Shown here piece after piece: positions 1-13,400 of a stretch of 64,000 bases of DNA. The position numbers and the translations under genes were made by a program. The notes beneath the pieces were generated by a model. It was not told the origin of the DNA. It saw only the letters and a program-made list of their open reading frames with translations, and did no database searches. This DNA comes from Heterodontus francisci (Eukaryota). How positions within the stretch are numbered: the first letter of the stretch is position 1; each line of letters begins with the position of its first letter. The DNA lies in contig NC_090399.1 of the NCBI RefSeq assembly GCF_036365525.1, positions 50,252,430 through 50,316,429 of the forward strand, in the 5' to 3' direction.

Positions 1-3000
1 TGGGGGTTCGAGTCACAGTCTGATCAGAGGGTAAAGGGGATCTGGTATCTGATAGAAATGGGGGTTCGTGTCACAGTCCGATCAGAGGGGAAAGGGGAAA
101 CAGTATCAGATAGAAATTGGGGTTAGAGTCACAGTCTGCTCAGAGGGGAAAGGGGATTGAGTATCAGATAGAAAAGGGGGGTTAGAGTCACAGTCCGCTC
201 AGAGGGGAAATGGGATTGAGTATCTGATAGAAATGGGGGGTTAGAGTCACAGTCTGATCAGAGGGGAAAGGGGATCCAGTATCAGGTAGAAATGGGTGGT
301 TCGAGTCAAAGTCTGATCAGAGGGGAAAGGGGATCCAGTATCAGATAGAAATGGGGGTTCGAGTCACAGTCTGATCAGAGGGGAAAGGGGATCCAGTATC
401 AGATAGAAATGGGGGTTAGAGTCACAGTCTGATCAGAGGGGAAAGGGGACCAACTATCAGATAGAAATTGGGGTTAGAGTCACAGTCTGATCAGAGGGGA
501 AAGGGGATCCAGTATCAGATAGAAATGGGGGGTTAGAGTCACAGTCTGATCAGAGGGGAAAGGGGACCAACTATCAGATAGAAATGGGGGTTAGAGTCAC
601 AGTCCGATCAGAGGGGAAAGGGGATCCGGTATCAGACAGAAATGGGGGTCAGTGTCAAAGTCTGATGAGAACGGAAAGGGGATCGAGTATCAGATAGAAA
701 TGGGTGTCAGAATCACAGTCTGATCAGAGGGGAAAGGGGATCGAGTATCAGATAGAAATGGGGGGTTAGAGTCACAGTCTGATCAGAGGGGAAAGGGGAC
801 CAACTATCAGATAGAAATGGGGGTTAGAGTCACAGTCCGATCAGAGGGGAAAGGGGATCCGGTATCAGACAGAAATGGGGGTCAGTGTCAAAGTCTGATG
901 AGAACGGAAAGGTGATCGAGTATCAGATAGAAATGGGGGTTAGAGTCACAGACTGATCAGAGGGGAAAGGAGATCCAGTATCAGATAGAAATGGGGGTTA
1001 GTGTCACAGTCTGATGAGAACGGAAAGGGGATCGAGTATCAGATAGACATGGGGGTTAGAGTCACAGTCTGATCAGAGGGGAAAGGGGATCAAGTATCCG
1101 ATAGAAATGGGGGGGTCAGAGTCACAGTCTGATTAGAGGGGAAAGGGGATCCAGTATCAGATAGAAATGGGGGTTAGAGTCACAGACTGATCAGAGGGGA
1201 AAGGGGATCCAGTATCAGATAGAAATGGGGGTTAGAGTCACAGACTGATCAGAGGGGAAAGGAGATCCAGTATCAGATAGAAATGGGGGTTAGTGTCACA
1301 GTCTGATGAGAACGGAAAGGGGATCGAGTATCAGATAGAAATGGGGGGGTCAGAGTCACAGTCTGATTAGAGGGGAAAGGGGATCCAGTATCAGATAGAC
1401 ATGGGGGTTAGAGTCACAGTCTGATCAGAGGGGAAAGGGGATCAAGTATCCGATAGAAATGGGGGGGGGGCGGGTCAGAGTCACAGTCTGATTAGAGGGG
1501 AAAGGGGATCCAGTATCAGATAGACATGGGGGTTAGAGTCACAGTCTGATCAGAGTGGAAAGGGGATCAAGTATCCGATAGAAATGGGGGGTTAGAGTCA
1601 CAGTCTGATCAGAGGGGAAAGGGGATCCAGTATCAGATAGAAATGGGGGGTTAGTGTCACAGTCTGATCAGAGGGGAAAGGGGATCCAGTATCAGATAGA
1701 AATGGGGGTTAGAGTCACCGTCTGATCAGAGGGGAAAGGGGATCCAGTATCAGATAGAAATGGGGGGTTAGTGTCACAGTCTGATCAGAGGGGAAAGGGG
1801 ATCCACTATCAGATAGAAATGGGGGGTTAGAGTCACAGTCTGATCTGAGGGGAAAGGGGATCCAGTTTCGGATAGAAATGGGGGTTCGTGTCACAGTCCG
1901 ATCAGATGCAAAAGGGGTTCCAGTTTCAGATAGAAATGGGGGTTAGAGTCACAGTCTGATCAGAGGGGAAAGGGGATCGAGTATCAGATAGAAATGGGGG
2001 TTAGAGTCACAGTCTGATCAGAGGGGAAAGGGGATCAAGTATCTGATAGAAATGGGGGGTTAGAGTCACTGTCTGATCAGAGGGGAAAGGGGATCCAGTA
2101 TCAGATAGAAATGGGGGTTAGAGTCACAGTCCGATCAGAGGGGAAATGGGATTGAGTATCAGATAGAAATGGGCTAAGAGTCACAGTCTGATCAGAGGGG
2201 AAAGGGGATCCAGTATCACATAGAAATGGGGGTTAGAGTCACAGTCCGATCAGAGGGGAAAGGGGATCGAGTATCAGATAGAAATGAGGGTTAGAGTCAC
2301 AGTCTGATCAGAGGGGAAAGGGGATACTTTGTCAGATAGAAATGGGGGGTTGGAATCACAGAATGATCAGAGGGGAAAGGGGTCCAGTTTCAGATAGAAA
2401 TGGGGTGTTAGAGTCACAGTCTGATCTGAGGGGAAAGGGGATCGAGTATCAGATAGAAATGGGGGGTTAGTGTCACAGTCTGATCAGAGGGGAAAGGGGA
2501 TCCAGTATCAGATAGAAATGGGGGTTCGAGTCACAGTCTGATCAGAGGGGAAAGGGGATCCAGTATCAGATAGAAATGGGGGGTTAGAGTCACAGTCTGA
2601 TCAGAGGGGAAAGGGGATCGAGTATCAGATAGAAATGGGGGTTAGAGTCACAGACTGATCAGACGGGAAAGGGGATCCAGTATCAGATAGAAATGGGGGT
2701 TAGTGTCACAGTCTGATGAGAACAGAAAGGGGATCGAGTATCAGATAGAAATGGGGGTTAGAGTCGCCGTCCGATCAGAGGGGAAAGAGGATCCAGTATC
2801 AGATAGAAATGGGGGGGTTAGAGTCACAGTCTGATCAGAGGGGAAAGGGGATCGAGTATCAGATAGAAATGGGGGGTTAGTGTCACAGTCTGATCAGAGG
2901 GGAAAGGGGATCCAGTATCAGATAGAAATGGGGGTTCGAGTCACAGTCTGATCAGAGGGGAAAGGGGATCCAGTATCAGATAGAAATGGGGGGTTAGAGT

Positions 3001-4346
3001 CACAGTCTGATCAGAGGGGAAAGGGGATCGAGTATCAGATAGAAATGGGGGTTAGAGTCACAGACTGATCAGACGGGAAAGGGGATCCAGTATCAGATAG
3101 AAATGGGGGTTAGTGTCACAGTCTGATGAGAACAGAAAGGGGATCGAGTATCAGATAGAAATGGGGGTTAGAGTCGCCGTCCGATCAGAGGGGAAAGAGG
3201 ATCCAGTATCAGATAGAAATGGGGGGGTTAGAGTCACAGTCTGATCAGAGGGGAAACGGGATCCAGTATCAGATAGAAATGGGGGATTAGAGTCAGAGTC
3301 TGATCAGAGGGGAAACGGGATCCAGTATCAGATAGAAATGGGGGGGTTAGAGTCAGAGTCTGATCAGAGGGGAAAGGGGATCCAGTATCAGATAGAAATG
3401 GGGAGGTTAGAGTCACAGTCTGATCAGACGGGAAATGGGATCCAGTATCAGATAGAGATGGGGGGGTTAGAGTCAGAGTCTGATCAGAGGGGAAAGGGGA
3501 TCCAGTATCAGATAGAAATGGGGAGGTTAGAGTCACAGTCTGATCAGACGGGAAATGGGATCCAGTATCAGATAGAAATGGGGGGGTTAGAGTCAGAGTC
3601 TGATCAGAGGGGAAAGGGGATCCAGTATCAGATAGAAATGGGGAGGTTAGAGTCACAGTCTGATCAGACGGGAAATGGGATCCAGTATCAGATAGAAATG
3701 GGGAGGTTAGAGTCAGAGTCTGATCAGAGGGGAAAGGGGATCCAGTATCAGATAGAAATGGGGAGGTTAGAGTCACAGTCTGATCAGACGGGAAATGGGA
3801 TCCAGTATCAGATAGAAATGGGGAGGTTAGAGTCAGAGTCTGATCAGAGGGGAAAGGGGATCCAGTATCAGATAGAAATGGGGAGGTTAGAGTCACAGTC
3901 TGATCAGAGGGGAAAGGGGATCCAGTATCAGATAGAAATGGGGAGGTTAGAGTCAGAGTCTGATCAGACGGGAAATGGGATCCAGTATCAGATAGAAATG
4001 GGGAGGTTAGAGTCAGAGTCTGATCAGAGGGGAAAGGGGATCCAGTATCAGATAGAAATGGGGAGGTTAGAGTCACAGTCTGATCAGACGGGAAATGGGA
4101 TCCAGTATCAGATAGAAATGGGGAGGTTAGAGTCAGAGTCTGATCAGAGGGGAAAGGGGATCCAGTATCAGATAGAAATGGGGAGGTTAGAGTCAGAGTC
4201 TGATCAGAGGGGAAAGGGGATCCAGTATCAGATAGAAATGGGGAGGTTAGAGTCAGAGTCTGATCAGAGGGGAAAGGGGATCCAGTATCAGATAGAAATG
4301 GGGAGGTTAGAGTCACAGTCTGATCAGATGGGAAAGGGGATCAAGT
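1..4346. repeat. 59-60 bp tandem minisatellite (about 73 copies) in the alpha1-alpha2 intron of gene A
   Basis: Unit about GGGGGTTAGAGTCACAGTCTGATCAGAGGGGAAAGGGGATCCAGTATCAGATAGAAATG. From about 3240 it is exactly 60 bp, partly alternating as a 120-bp dimer, which produces the spurious 336/360-aa ORFs. Confidence 0.97.
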
Positions 4347-4853
4347 AGATGATATATAGATCAGAGGCATTTCTGTGGAAATTGATTATTTGAAGCTGTG
4401 TTCTGGTGAATTCGACCTGATTAATAGGCCAAGTCACATGGAATGAGATAGGTTTGTAATGGAGCAAGTTGAGAATGTTGAGATGGGTGAAATTATCCGG
4501 GAAAGGGCAGCTTGTTGGGTGATTCCTGTTTTCTTGCTGTGTCTCAATGTTTATTCATATATATGGGGGTGAGATCAATCTTTTCCAGTATTCCATGATG
4601 GACAATGTGAATCCAGGAGGCAGTGTGACTGGAGAATGGGACTCACTGTTGGAAGTATCTCAGAGAGAGCAGGAAGTGGAGACTAACAAGGACAGACTCG
4701 TCTCCCATGATGGAGAATCGGAGACGAATAAACAACAGATATTAACAGTAATAAGTGTGTGTGTAGGGAGGAGGGGTCGATGTCCCGGCTGAGACAATGA
4801 CGTATTAACCATGTCATTCTACACTCTAACTGGTCTCTCATTAACAATCCACT

Positions 4854-5246
4854 CAGTGCATCTCCCAGACTGACCCCTGGGTCACTCCACTCAGGTCAAC
4901 TCCCAGCACTGACCCCTGGGTCATTCCACTCATTCCATCGTCCAGCACTGACCCCTGGGTCACTCCACTCAGTCCATCTCCCAGCACTGACCCATGGGTC
5001 ACTCCACTCAGTCCGCCTCCCAGCACTGACCCCTGGGTCACTCCACTCAGTCCATCGTCCAGCACTGACCCCTGGGTCACTCCAGTCAGTCCATCTACCA
5101 GCACTAAGCCCTGGGTCACTCCATTCAGTCCATCTCCCAGCACTGACCCCTGGGTCAGTCCATTCAGTCCATCTCCCACCACTGACCCCTGGGTCACTCC
5201 ACTCAGTCCATCACCCAGTACTGACCCCTGGGTCACTCCACTCAGT
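4854..5246 (-). repeat. 39-bp minisatellite (about 10 copies) resembling a CR1 RT segment
   Basis: Minus-strand unit ATGGACTGAGTGGAGTGACCCAGGGGTCAGTGCTGGGAG translates as LSGVTQGSVLGDG; compare the CR1 RT motif TSGVPQGSVLGP in the 39383-40486 ORF. Confidence 0.88.
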
Positions 5247-5422
5247 TTATCCTTGATCAAAAGATGGAGAAGGAACAGAATAAATGTCTGTGTCCCTGAT
5301 TCATGGTGTCCCACACACTGTCCACCCCAGTCTCACAGACTGCAGTATAACTATGGTTGAGTACTTGTCTGTCACCCATTAAGCGTCTCAATTCGTGGAA
5401 GATTCTGCATTGCTGATCTTAC

Positions 5423-5683
5423 CAGATGTCTGGTTTGTACTCTTCATTATCATATTCAGATTCTCCTTTGCCATGTCTGATCGTGTATGCAGACGACGTG
5501 TGAGATCATCCCAGTGTTCCACACTGAAATAGTCTGCCATGAATTGCTGCCTCGGGATTAACCGACCAATATTCGTGTCATAACAATCTATTTGAACTCC
5601 ATCGACCACCGCGAATCCAGTAAACTGAGGGAAATATTCTAACCCGAAGACTGCTGTGTATATCAAAGTAAATGTGTTGCTAT
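5423..5683 (-). CDS. MHC class I-like gene A, exon 2 (alpha1 domain)
   Basis: 261-bp exon between acceptor ttgttttacAG and donor G|GTAAG, phase 1/1. Translates (D)SNTFTLIYTAVFGLEYFPQFTGFAVVDGVQIDCYDTNIGRLIPRQQFMADYFSVEHWDDLTRRLHTRSDMAKENLNMIMKSTNQTS(G). Class I alpha1 hallmarks present: YTAV, P.F, VDG.Q, PR, W60 and the N86 sequon NQT. Confidence 0.92.
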
Positions 5684-5984
5684 CTGTAAAACAAACAATG
5701 AAAGGGAAATATTAATAAACATGTACACTCATTACTAGTGAGACCCATCCACACAGTGACAATCTCCAATAGTCCAGCACTTTATCACAATGTCAGAATC
5801 ATGTCAGATATTATAACCAGAAAAATATTATGCTGGGTCAGAATTAGATGGCTGAAGTCTCACAAACAGGGAGTAAACACGGAATCAGAGTCACTCACAT
5901 AACCAATGAAGTGAGTGTGTACACGTGGGAGAGAGGCTGGGAACCAGGCACGTTTTAAACAGAAGCTCTCTCATGAATGAACAA

Positions 5985-8900
5985 TAACCCAGAACACACC
6001 CGCTCTATGTCTAACCCAGAACAGCAACCTGGGACACACCCAGACTATCTCTAAACCGGAACAGTAGCCTGGACACACCTAGTCTATCTCGACCCCTTAA
6101 CAGTAACCTGGGACTCTCCCTGTCTCTCTGTAACCTGGAGCAGTAACCCTGGACGTTCCAGTCTATCTCTACCCGGAACATTAACCTGAGACACAGCCTG
6201 TCCATCTTTACCCGGAAATGTAACTCGAGACAAACTGGGTCTATCTCTAACACAGAAGAGTAACCCGGTATACACCCGGTCTATCTCTAACTCCGAAGAG
6301 TAACCCGGGACACACCTGGTCTATCTCTAACCTGGAACAGTAACCTGGGACACATCCGGTCCATCTCTAACACGGTCAGTAACCTGGGACACACCTGGTC
6401 TAACTCTAACCCAGAAATGTAAATTGGGAGATACCCGGTCTACCACTAAATTGGGACAGTATCCCATGACATATCCGGTCTATCTGTAACCCAGAACATT
6501 AACCCAGGACAGACCAAGTCCATCAGGAAACTGGAACAGGAACCCTTGACACACCCGGTTTATCTCTAACCCGGAACAGTACCCTGGGACAAAACCTGTC
6601 AATCTTTAACCCGGAAGAGTAACCTGGTATACACCCAGTCTATCTGTAACCTGGAACAGTAATTCCGGACATACCCGGTCTAAGTCTAACTGGAACAGTA
6701 AGCTGGGACAAACCCGGTCTATCTATAACGCGGAACAGTGACCTGGGACACAGCTGGTCTATCTCTAACCCGGAACAGTAACCTGGGACATACCCAGTCT
6801 ATCTCTAACCCGGGACACATCCGGTCTATCTCTAACCTGGAACAATAACCTGAGACACACCCATTCTATCTCTCCCAGGTTTGTCCCGGGTCTATCTCTA
6901 ACCCAGAACTGTAACCTGGGACACACCCAGTCTATCTCTAACCAGGAACATAAACCCAGGACATTTCCGGTCGATGTCGAACCCGGAAAAGAAACCCGGA
7001 TACACCCGGTTTATCTCTAATCCGGAACACTAATCTGGGACACACCCAGTCCATCTCTAACCTGGGACACAGCCCGTCTATCTCGAACCCGTGACAGCAA
7101 ACCGAGACATACCCGGTCTATCTCCAACCGGAACAGTAACCCGGGACACACCCGAACCATCACTAAAGTGGAACAGTAATCGAGGACCCACCCGGTCGAG
7201 CTCTAACCCGAACAGTAACCCGGGACAAACCCGGTCAATCTCTAACCCGGAACAGTAATCCGGGACACACCTGGTCTATCTCTAACCCGGAACAGTGACC
7301 CTGGGACATACCCAGTCCACCGCTAACCCGGGACAGTAACCTGGGATACTCCCAGTCCTTCTCTAACCCGGAACAGTACTCCGGGACACACCTGTTCAAT
7401 CTCTAACTGGGAAGAGTAACCCGGGACTCATCCGGTCCATCTCTAACCCCGAAAAGTAACCCGGGTCACACCTGGTCTATCTCTAACCTGGAACAGTAAC
7501 CTGGGACACATCCGGTCTATCTCTAATACCGAAGAGTAACCCGGGACACACCTGGTCCATCTCTAACCTGGACCAGTAAACTGGGACACATCCGGTCTAT
7601 CTCTAACCCTGAAGAGTAACCCGGGACACACCTGGTCTATCTCTAACCTGGAACAGTAACCTGGGACACATCCGGTCCATCTCTAACACCGAAGAGTAAC
7701 CTGGGACATATGCGGTCCATCTCTAACCTGGAACAGTAACCTGGGACACATCCGGTCCATCTCTAACCCCGAAGAGTAACCCGGGACACACCTGGTCTAT
7801 CTTTAACCTGGAACAGTAACCTGGGAGACATCCGGTCCATCTCTAACCTGGAACAGTAACCTGGGACACATCCGGTCCATCTCTAACCCCGAAGAGTAAC
7901 CCGGGACACACCTGGTCTATCTCTAACCTGGAACAGTAACCTGGGACACATCCGGTCCATCTATAACCTGGAACTGTAACCTGGGACACATCCGGTCCAT
8001 CTCTAACCCCGAAGAGTCACCCGGGACACACCTGGTCTATCTCTAACCTGGAACAGTAACCTGGGACACATCCGGTCCATCTCTAACCCCGAAGAGTAAC
8101 CCGGGACACACCTGGTCTATCTCTAACCTGGAACAGTAACCTGGGACACATCCGGTCCATCTCTAACAGGACAGAGGAATCTGAGACACACCCGGTCTAT
8201 CTTTAACGCAGAAAGGTTAGCTGGGACAAACCCGGTCTGTCTCTAAACCACAAGGATAACCAAGGACACACCCGGTCTATCTCTAACTGGGAAGAGTAAC
8301 CCGGGACACACCCGGTCTATCTCTAACCTGGAACCGTACCCCGGGACATACCTGTGTAACTTTAATGCAGAAAAGTTACTTGGGACAAATCGGGTCTGTC
8401 TCTAACCCACGACAGTATACCGGGACACCCGGTCTATCTATAATCTGGAACAGTAATCTGAGACACACCCGGTCCAACTTTATCCCAGCACAGTTACCTG
8501 GGACACACCTAGTCTACCTCTAACACGGTCAGTAACCTGGGACACACCTGGTCTAACTCTAACCCAGAACAGTAAATTGGGAGATACCCGGTCTACCACT
8601 AAATTGGGACAGTATCCCATGACATATCTGGTCTATCTGTAACCCAGAACATTAACCCAGGACAGACCAAGTCCATCAGGAAACTGGAACAGGAACCCTT
8701 GACACACCCGGTTTATCTCTAACCCGGAACAGTACCCTGGGACAAAACCTGTCAATCTTTAACCCGGAAGAGTAACCTGGTATACACCCAGTCGATCTGT
8801 AACCTGGAACAGTAACTCAGGAAATACCCGGTCTAAGTCTAACTGGAACAGTAAGCTGGGACAAACCCGGTCTATCTCTAACGCGGAGCAGTAACCTGGG

Positions 8901-10423
8901 ACACACCTAGTCTATCTCTAACCCGGGACACACCCGGTCTATCTCTAACCTGGAACAATAGCCTGAGACACACCCATTCTATCTCTCCCAGGTTTGTCCC
9001 ACGTCTATCTCTAACCCAGAACTGTAACCTGGGACACACCCAGTCTATCTCTAACCAGGAACATAAACCCAGGACATTTCCGGTCGATGTCGAACCCGGA
9101 AAAGAAACTCGGACACACCCGGTTTATCTCTAATCCGGAACAATAATCTGGGACACACCCAGTCTATCTCTAACCTGGGACACAGCCCGTCTATCTCTAA
9201 CCCGTGACAGCAAACCGGGACACACCCGGTCTATCTCTAACCGGAACAGTAACCCGGGACACACCCGAACCATCACTAAACTGGAACAGTAATCGGGGAC
9301 CCACCCGGTCTAGCTCTAACCCGAACAGTAACCCGGGACACACCCGGTCTATCTCTAACCCGGAACAGTAATCCGGGACACACCCGGTCTCTCTAACTCG
9401 GAACAGTAACCCGGGACACACCTGGTCTATCTCTAACCCGGAACAGTAACCCTGGGACATACCCAGTCCACCGCTAACCCGGGACAGTAACCTGGGACAC
9501 TCCCGGTCCTTCTCTAACCCGGAACAGTACTCCGGGACACACCTGTTCAATCTCAAACCCGGAAGAGAAACCCGGGACACACCCTGTCTATCTCTAACCA
9601 GGAACAAAAACCCGGACCTTTCCCGGTCGATGTTGAACCCGGAAAAGAAGCCCGGATACACCCGGTTTATATCTAATCCAGAACATTAATCTGGGTCACA
9701 CCCAGTCTATCTCTAAACTGGAACAGTAACCGGGGACACACCCGGTCTATCTCTAACCCAGACCAGAAACCGGCGACACACCCGGACTATCTTTAACCCT
9801 GAACAGAATCCCAGAGCTTTCCCGGTCGATGTCGAACCCGGAAAAGAAACCCGGACACACCCTGTTTATCTCTAAACTGGAGCAGTAAACTGGAACACAC
9901 CCGGTTTATCTCTAACCCAGACCAGAAACCCGGGAAACACCTGGTCTATCTCTAACCTGGAAGAGAAACCCGGGACACACCTGGTCTATCCCTAACCCAG
10001 AACTGTAACCTGGGAGGCACCTGGTCTATCTCTAACCTGGAATAGAACCTTAGGACACACCTGGTCTATCTCTAACCCAGAACAGTAACCCGGGACACAC
10101 CCAATCTGTCTTCAACACGGAACAGTAACCTAGGACACACCCTCTCAATGTCTAATCTGGAGCAGTGACCTGAGACACACCTGGTCTATCTCTAACCCAG
10201 AACAGTAACCTGGGACACACCCAATCTATCTTCAACACGGAACAGTCACCCAGGACATATCCAGTCTATCTCTAACCTGGAACAGTAACCTGGACACACC
10301 CGGTCTATCTCTAACCCAAAACAGTAACCTGGATACACCTGGTCTATCTCTAACCTGGAACAGTAACCTGGACACACCTGGTCAATCTCTAACCTGGAAC
10401 AGTAACCTGGACACACCTGGTCT
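5985..10423 (-). repeat. 40-bp satellite, block 1 (orientation opposite to block 2)
   Basis: + strand unit about CTATCTCTAACCCGGAACAGTAACCCGGGACACACCCGGT. Copies are diverged, with an internal duplication of about 2.15 kb (6368 vs 8521). Confidence 0.95.
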
Positions 10424-13400
10424 CAGATTATTGTTCCAGGTTAGAAATAGTCCGGGTGTATCCTGGTTTACTCTACCCTGTTAGAGATAAACCAGGTGTG
10501 TATTGGGTTACTGTTCCAGGTTAGAGATAGAACGGGTGTTTTCCAGGTTACAGTTTCAGGTTAGAAATAGAATGGGTGTTTCCCGGGTTACTGTTCCAGG
10601 TTAGTGATAGAACGGGTGTTTCCCGGGTTACTTTTCCAGGTTAGAGATAGAACGGGTGTTTTCCGGGTTACTGTTCCAGGTTAATGATAGAACGGGTGTT
10701 TCCCGGGTTACTGTTCCAGGTTAGAGATAGAACGGGTGTTTCCCGGGTTACTGTTCCAGGTTAGAGATAGAACGGGTGTTTCCCGGGTTACTGTTCCAGG
10801 TTAGTGATAGAATGGGTGTTTCCCGGGTTACTGTTCCAGGTTAGAGATAGAACGGGTGTTTCCCGGGTTACTGTTCCAGGTTAGTGATAGAATGGGTGTT
10901 TCCCGGGTTACTGTTCCAGGTTAGAGATAGAACGGGTGTTTCCCGGGTTACTGTTCCAGGTTAGAGATAGAATGGGTGTTTCCCGGGTTACTGTTCCAGG
11001 TTAGAGATAGAACGGGTGTTTCCTGGGTTACTGTTCCAGGTTAGAGATAGAACGGGTGCGTCCCGAGTTACTGTTCTGGGTGAGAGATAGACTGGGTGTG
11101 TCCTGGGTTACTGTTCCAGGTTAGCGATAGATCGGATGTATACCGGATTATTGTGTTGGGTGAGAGATGGACCAGGCGTGTCCCAGGTTACTCCTCCGGG
11201 TTAGAGATAGACAGGGTGCGTCCCGGGTTACTGTTCCAGGTTAGAGATAGACTGGATATGTCCTGGGATCCTGTCCCGGGTTAGAAATAGACTGGGTGTG
11301 TCCTGTGTTACTGTTCCAGGTTGGAGATAGACCGGGTGTGTCCCGCGTTACTGTTCCAGGTTAGAGATAGACTGGGTGTGTCCTGGTTTACGGTTCCATT
11401 AGAGATAGACCGGGTGTGGCCCGAGTTACTGTTCCAGGTTAGAGATTGACCGGGTGTGTCCCGAGTTACTATTCTGGGTTAGAGATAGACCGGGTGTGTC
11501 CTGGGTTACTGTTCCAGGTTCGAGACAAACCGGGTGTGTCCCGAGTTACTGCTCCAGGTTAGAGATAGAACGGGTGTTTCCCGGGTTACTGTTCCAGGTT
11601 AGAGATAGAACGGGTGTTTCCCGGGTTACTGTTCCAGGTTAGAGATAGAACGGGTGTTTTCCGGGTTACTGTTCCAGGTTAGAGATAGAACGGGTGTTTC
11701 CCGGGTTACTGTTCCAGGTTAGAGATAGAACGGGTGTTTCCCGGGTTACTGTTCCAGGTTAGAGATAGAACGGGTGTTTCCCGGGTTACTGTTCCAGGTT
11801 AGAGATAGAACGGGTGTTTTCCGGGTTACTGTTCCAGGTTAGAGATAGAACGGGTGTTTTCCGGGTTACTGTTCCAGGTTAGAGATAGAACGGGTGTTTC
11901 CCGGGTTACTGTTCCAGGTTAGAGATAGAACGGGTGTTTTCCGGGTTACTGTTCCAGGCTAGAGATAGAACGGGTGTTTTCCGGGTTACTGTTCCAGGTT
12001 AGAGATAGAACGGGTGTTTTCCGGGTTACTGTTCCAGGTTAGAGATAGAACGGGTGTTTTCCGGGTTACTGTTCCAGGTTAGAGATAGAACGGGTGTTTC
12101 CCGGGTTACTGTTCCAGGTTAGAGATAGAACGGGTGTTTCCCGGGTTACTGTTCCAGGTTAGAGATAGAACGGGTGTTTCCCGGGTTACTGTTCCAGGTT
12201 AGAGATAGAACGGGTGTTTCCCGGGTTACTGTTCCAGGTTAGAGATAGAACGGGTGTTTCCCGGGTTACTGTTCCAGGTTAGAGATAGAACATGTGTGTC
12301 CCGAGTTACTGTTCCAGGTTAGTGATAGAACGGGTGTTTCCCGGGTTACTGTTCCAGGTTAGTGATAGAACGGGTGTTTCCCGGGTTACTGTTCCAGGTT
12401 AGAGATAGAACGGGTGTTTCCCGGGTTACTGTTCCAGGTTAGAGATAGAACGGGTGTTTCCCGGGTTACTGTTCCAGGTTAGAGATAGAACGGGTGTTTC
12501 CCGGGTTACTGTTCCAGGTTAGAGATAGAACGGGTGTTTCCCGGGTTACTGTTCCAGGTTAGAGATAGAACGGGTGTTTCCCGGGTTACTGTTCCAGGTT
12601 GGAGATAGACCGGGTGTGTCCCGCGTTACTGTTCCAGGTTAGAGATAGACTGGGTGTGTCCTGGTTTACGGTTCCATTAGAGATAGACCGGGTGTGGCCC
12701 GAGTTACTGTTCCAGGTTAGAGATTGACCGGGTGTGTCCCGAGTTACTATTCTGGGTTAGAGATAGACCGGGTGTGTCCTGGGTTACTGTTCCAGGTTCG
12801 AGACAAACCGGGTGTGTCCCGAGTTACTGCTCCAGGTTAGAGATAGAACGGGTGTTTCCCGGGTTACTGTTCCAGGTTAGAGATAGAACGGGTGTTTCCC
12901 GGGTTACTGTTCCAGGTTAGAGATAGAACGGGTGTTTTCCGGGTTACTGTTCCAGGTTAGAGATAGAACGGGTGTTTCCCGGGTTACTGTTCCAGGTTAG
13001 AGATAGAACGGGTGTTTCCCGGGTTACTGTTCCAGGTTAGAGATAGAACGGGTGTTTCCCGGGTTACTGTTCCAGGTTAGAGATAGAACGGGTGTTTTCC
13101 GGGTTACTGTTCCAGGTTAGAGATAGAACGGGTGTTTTCCGGGTTACTGTTCCAGGTTAGAGATAGAACGGGTGTTTCCCGGGTTACTGTTCCAGGTTAG
13201 AGATAGAACGGGTGTTTTCCGGGTTACTGTTCCAGGTTAGAGATAGAACGGGTGTTTTCCGGGTTACTGTTCCAGGTTAGAGATAGAACGGGTGTTTTCC
13301 GGGTTACTGTTCCAGGTTAGAGATAGAACGGGTGTTTTCCGGGTTACTGTTCCAGGTTAGAGATAGAACGGGTGTTTCCCGGGTTACTGTTCCAGGTTAG

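Noticed and set aside
3234-4348. 360-aa and 336-aa repetitive ORFs on opposite strands
   Set aside because: They come from the exact 60-bp satellite unit (a multiple of 3). The same array is frameshifted to the left, and no splice or promoter support was seen.
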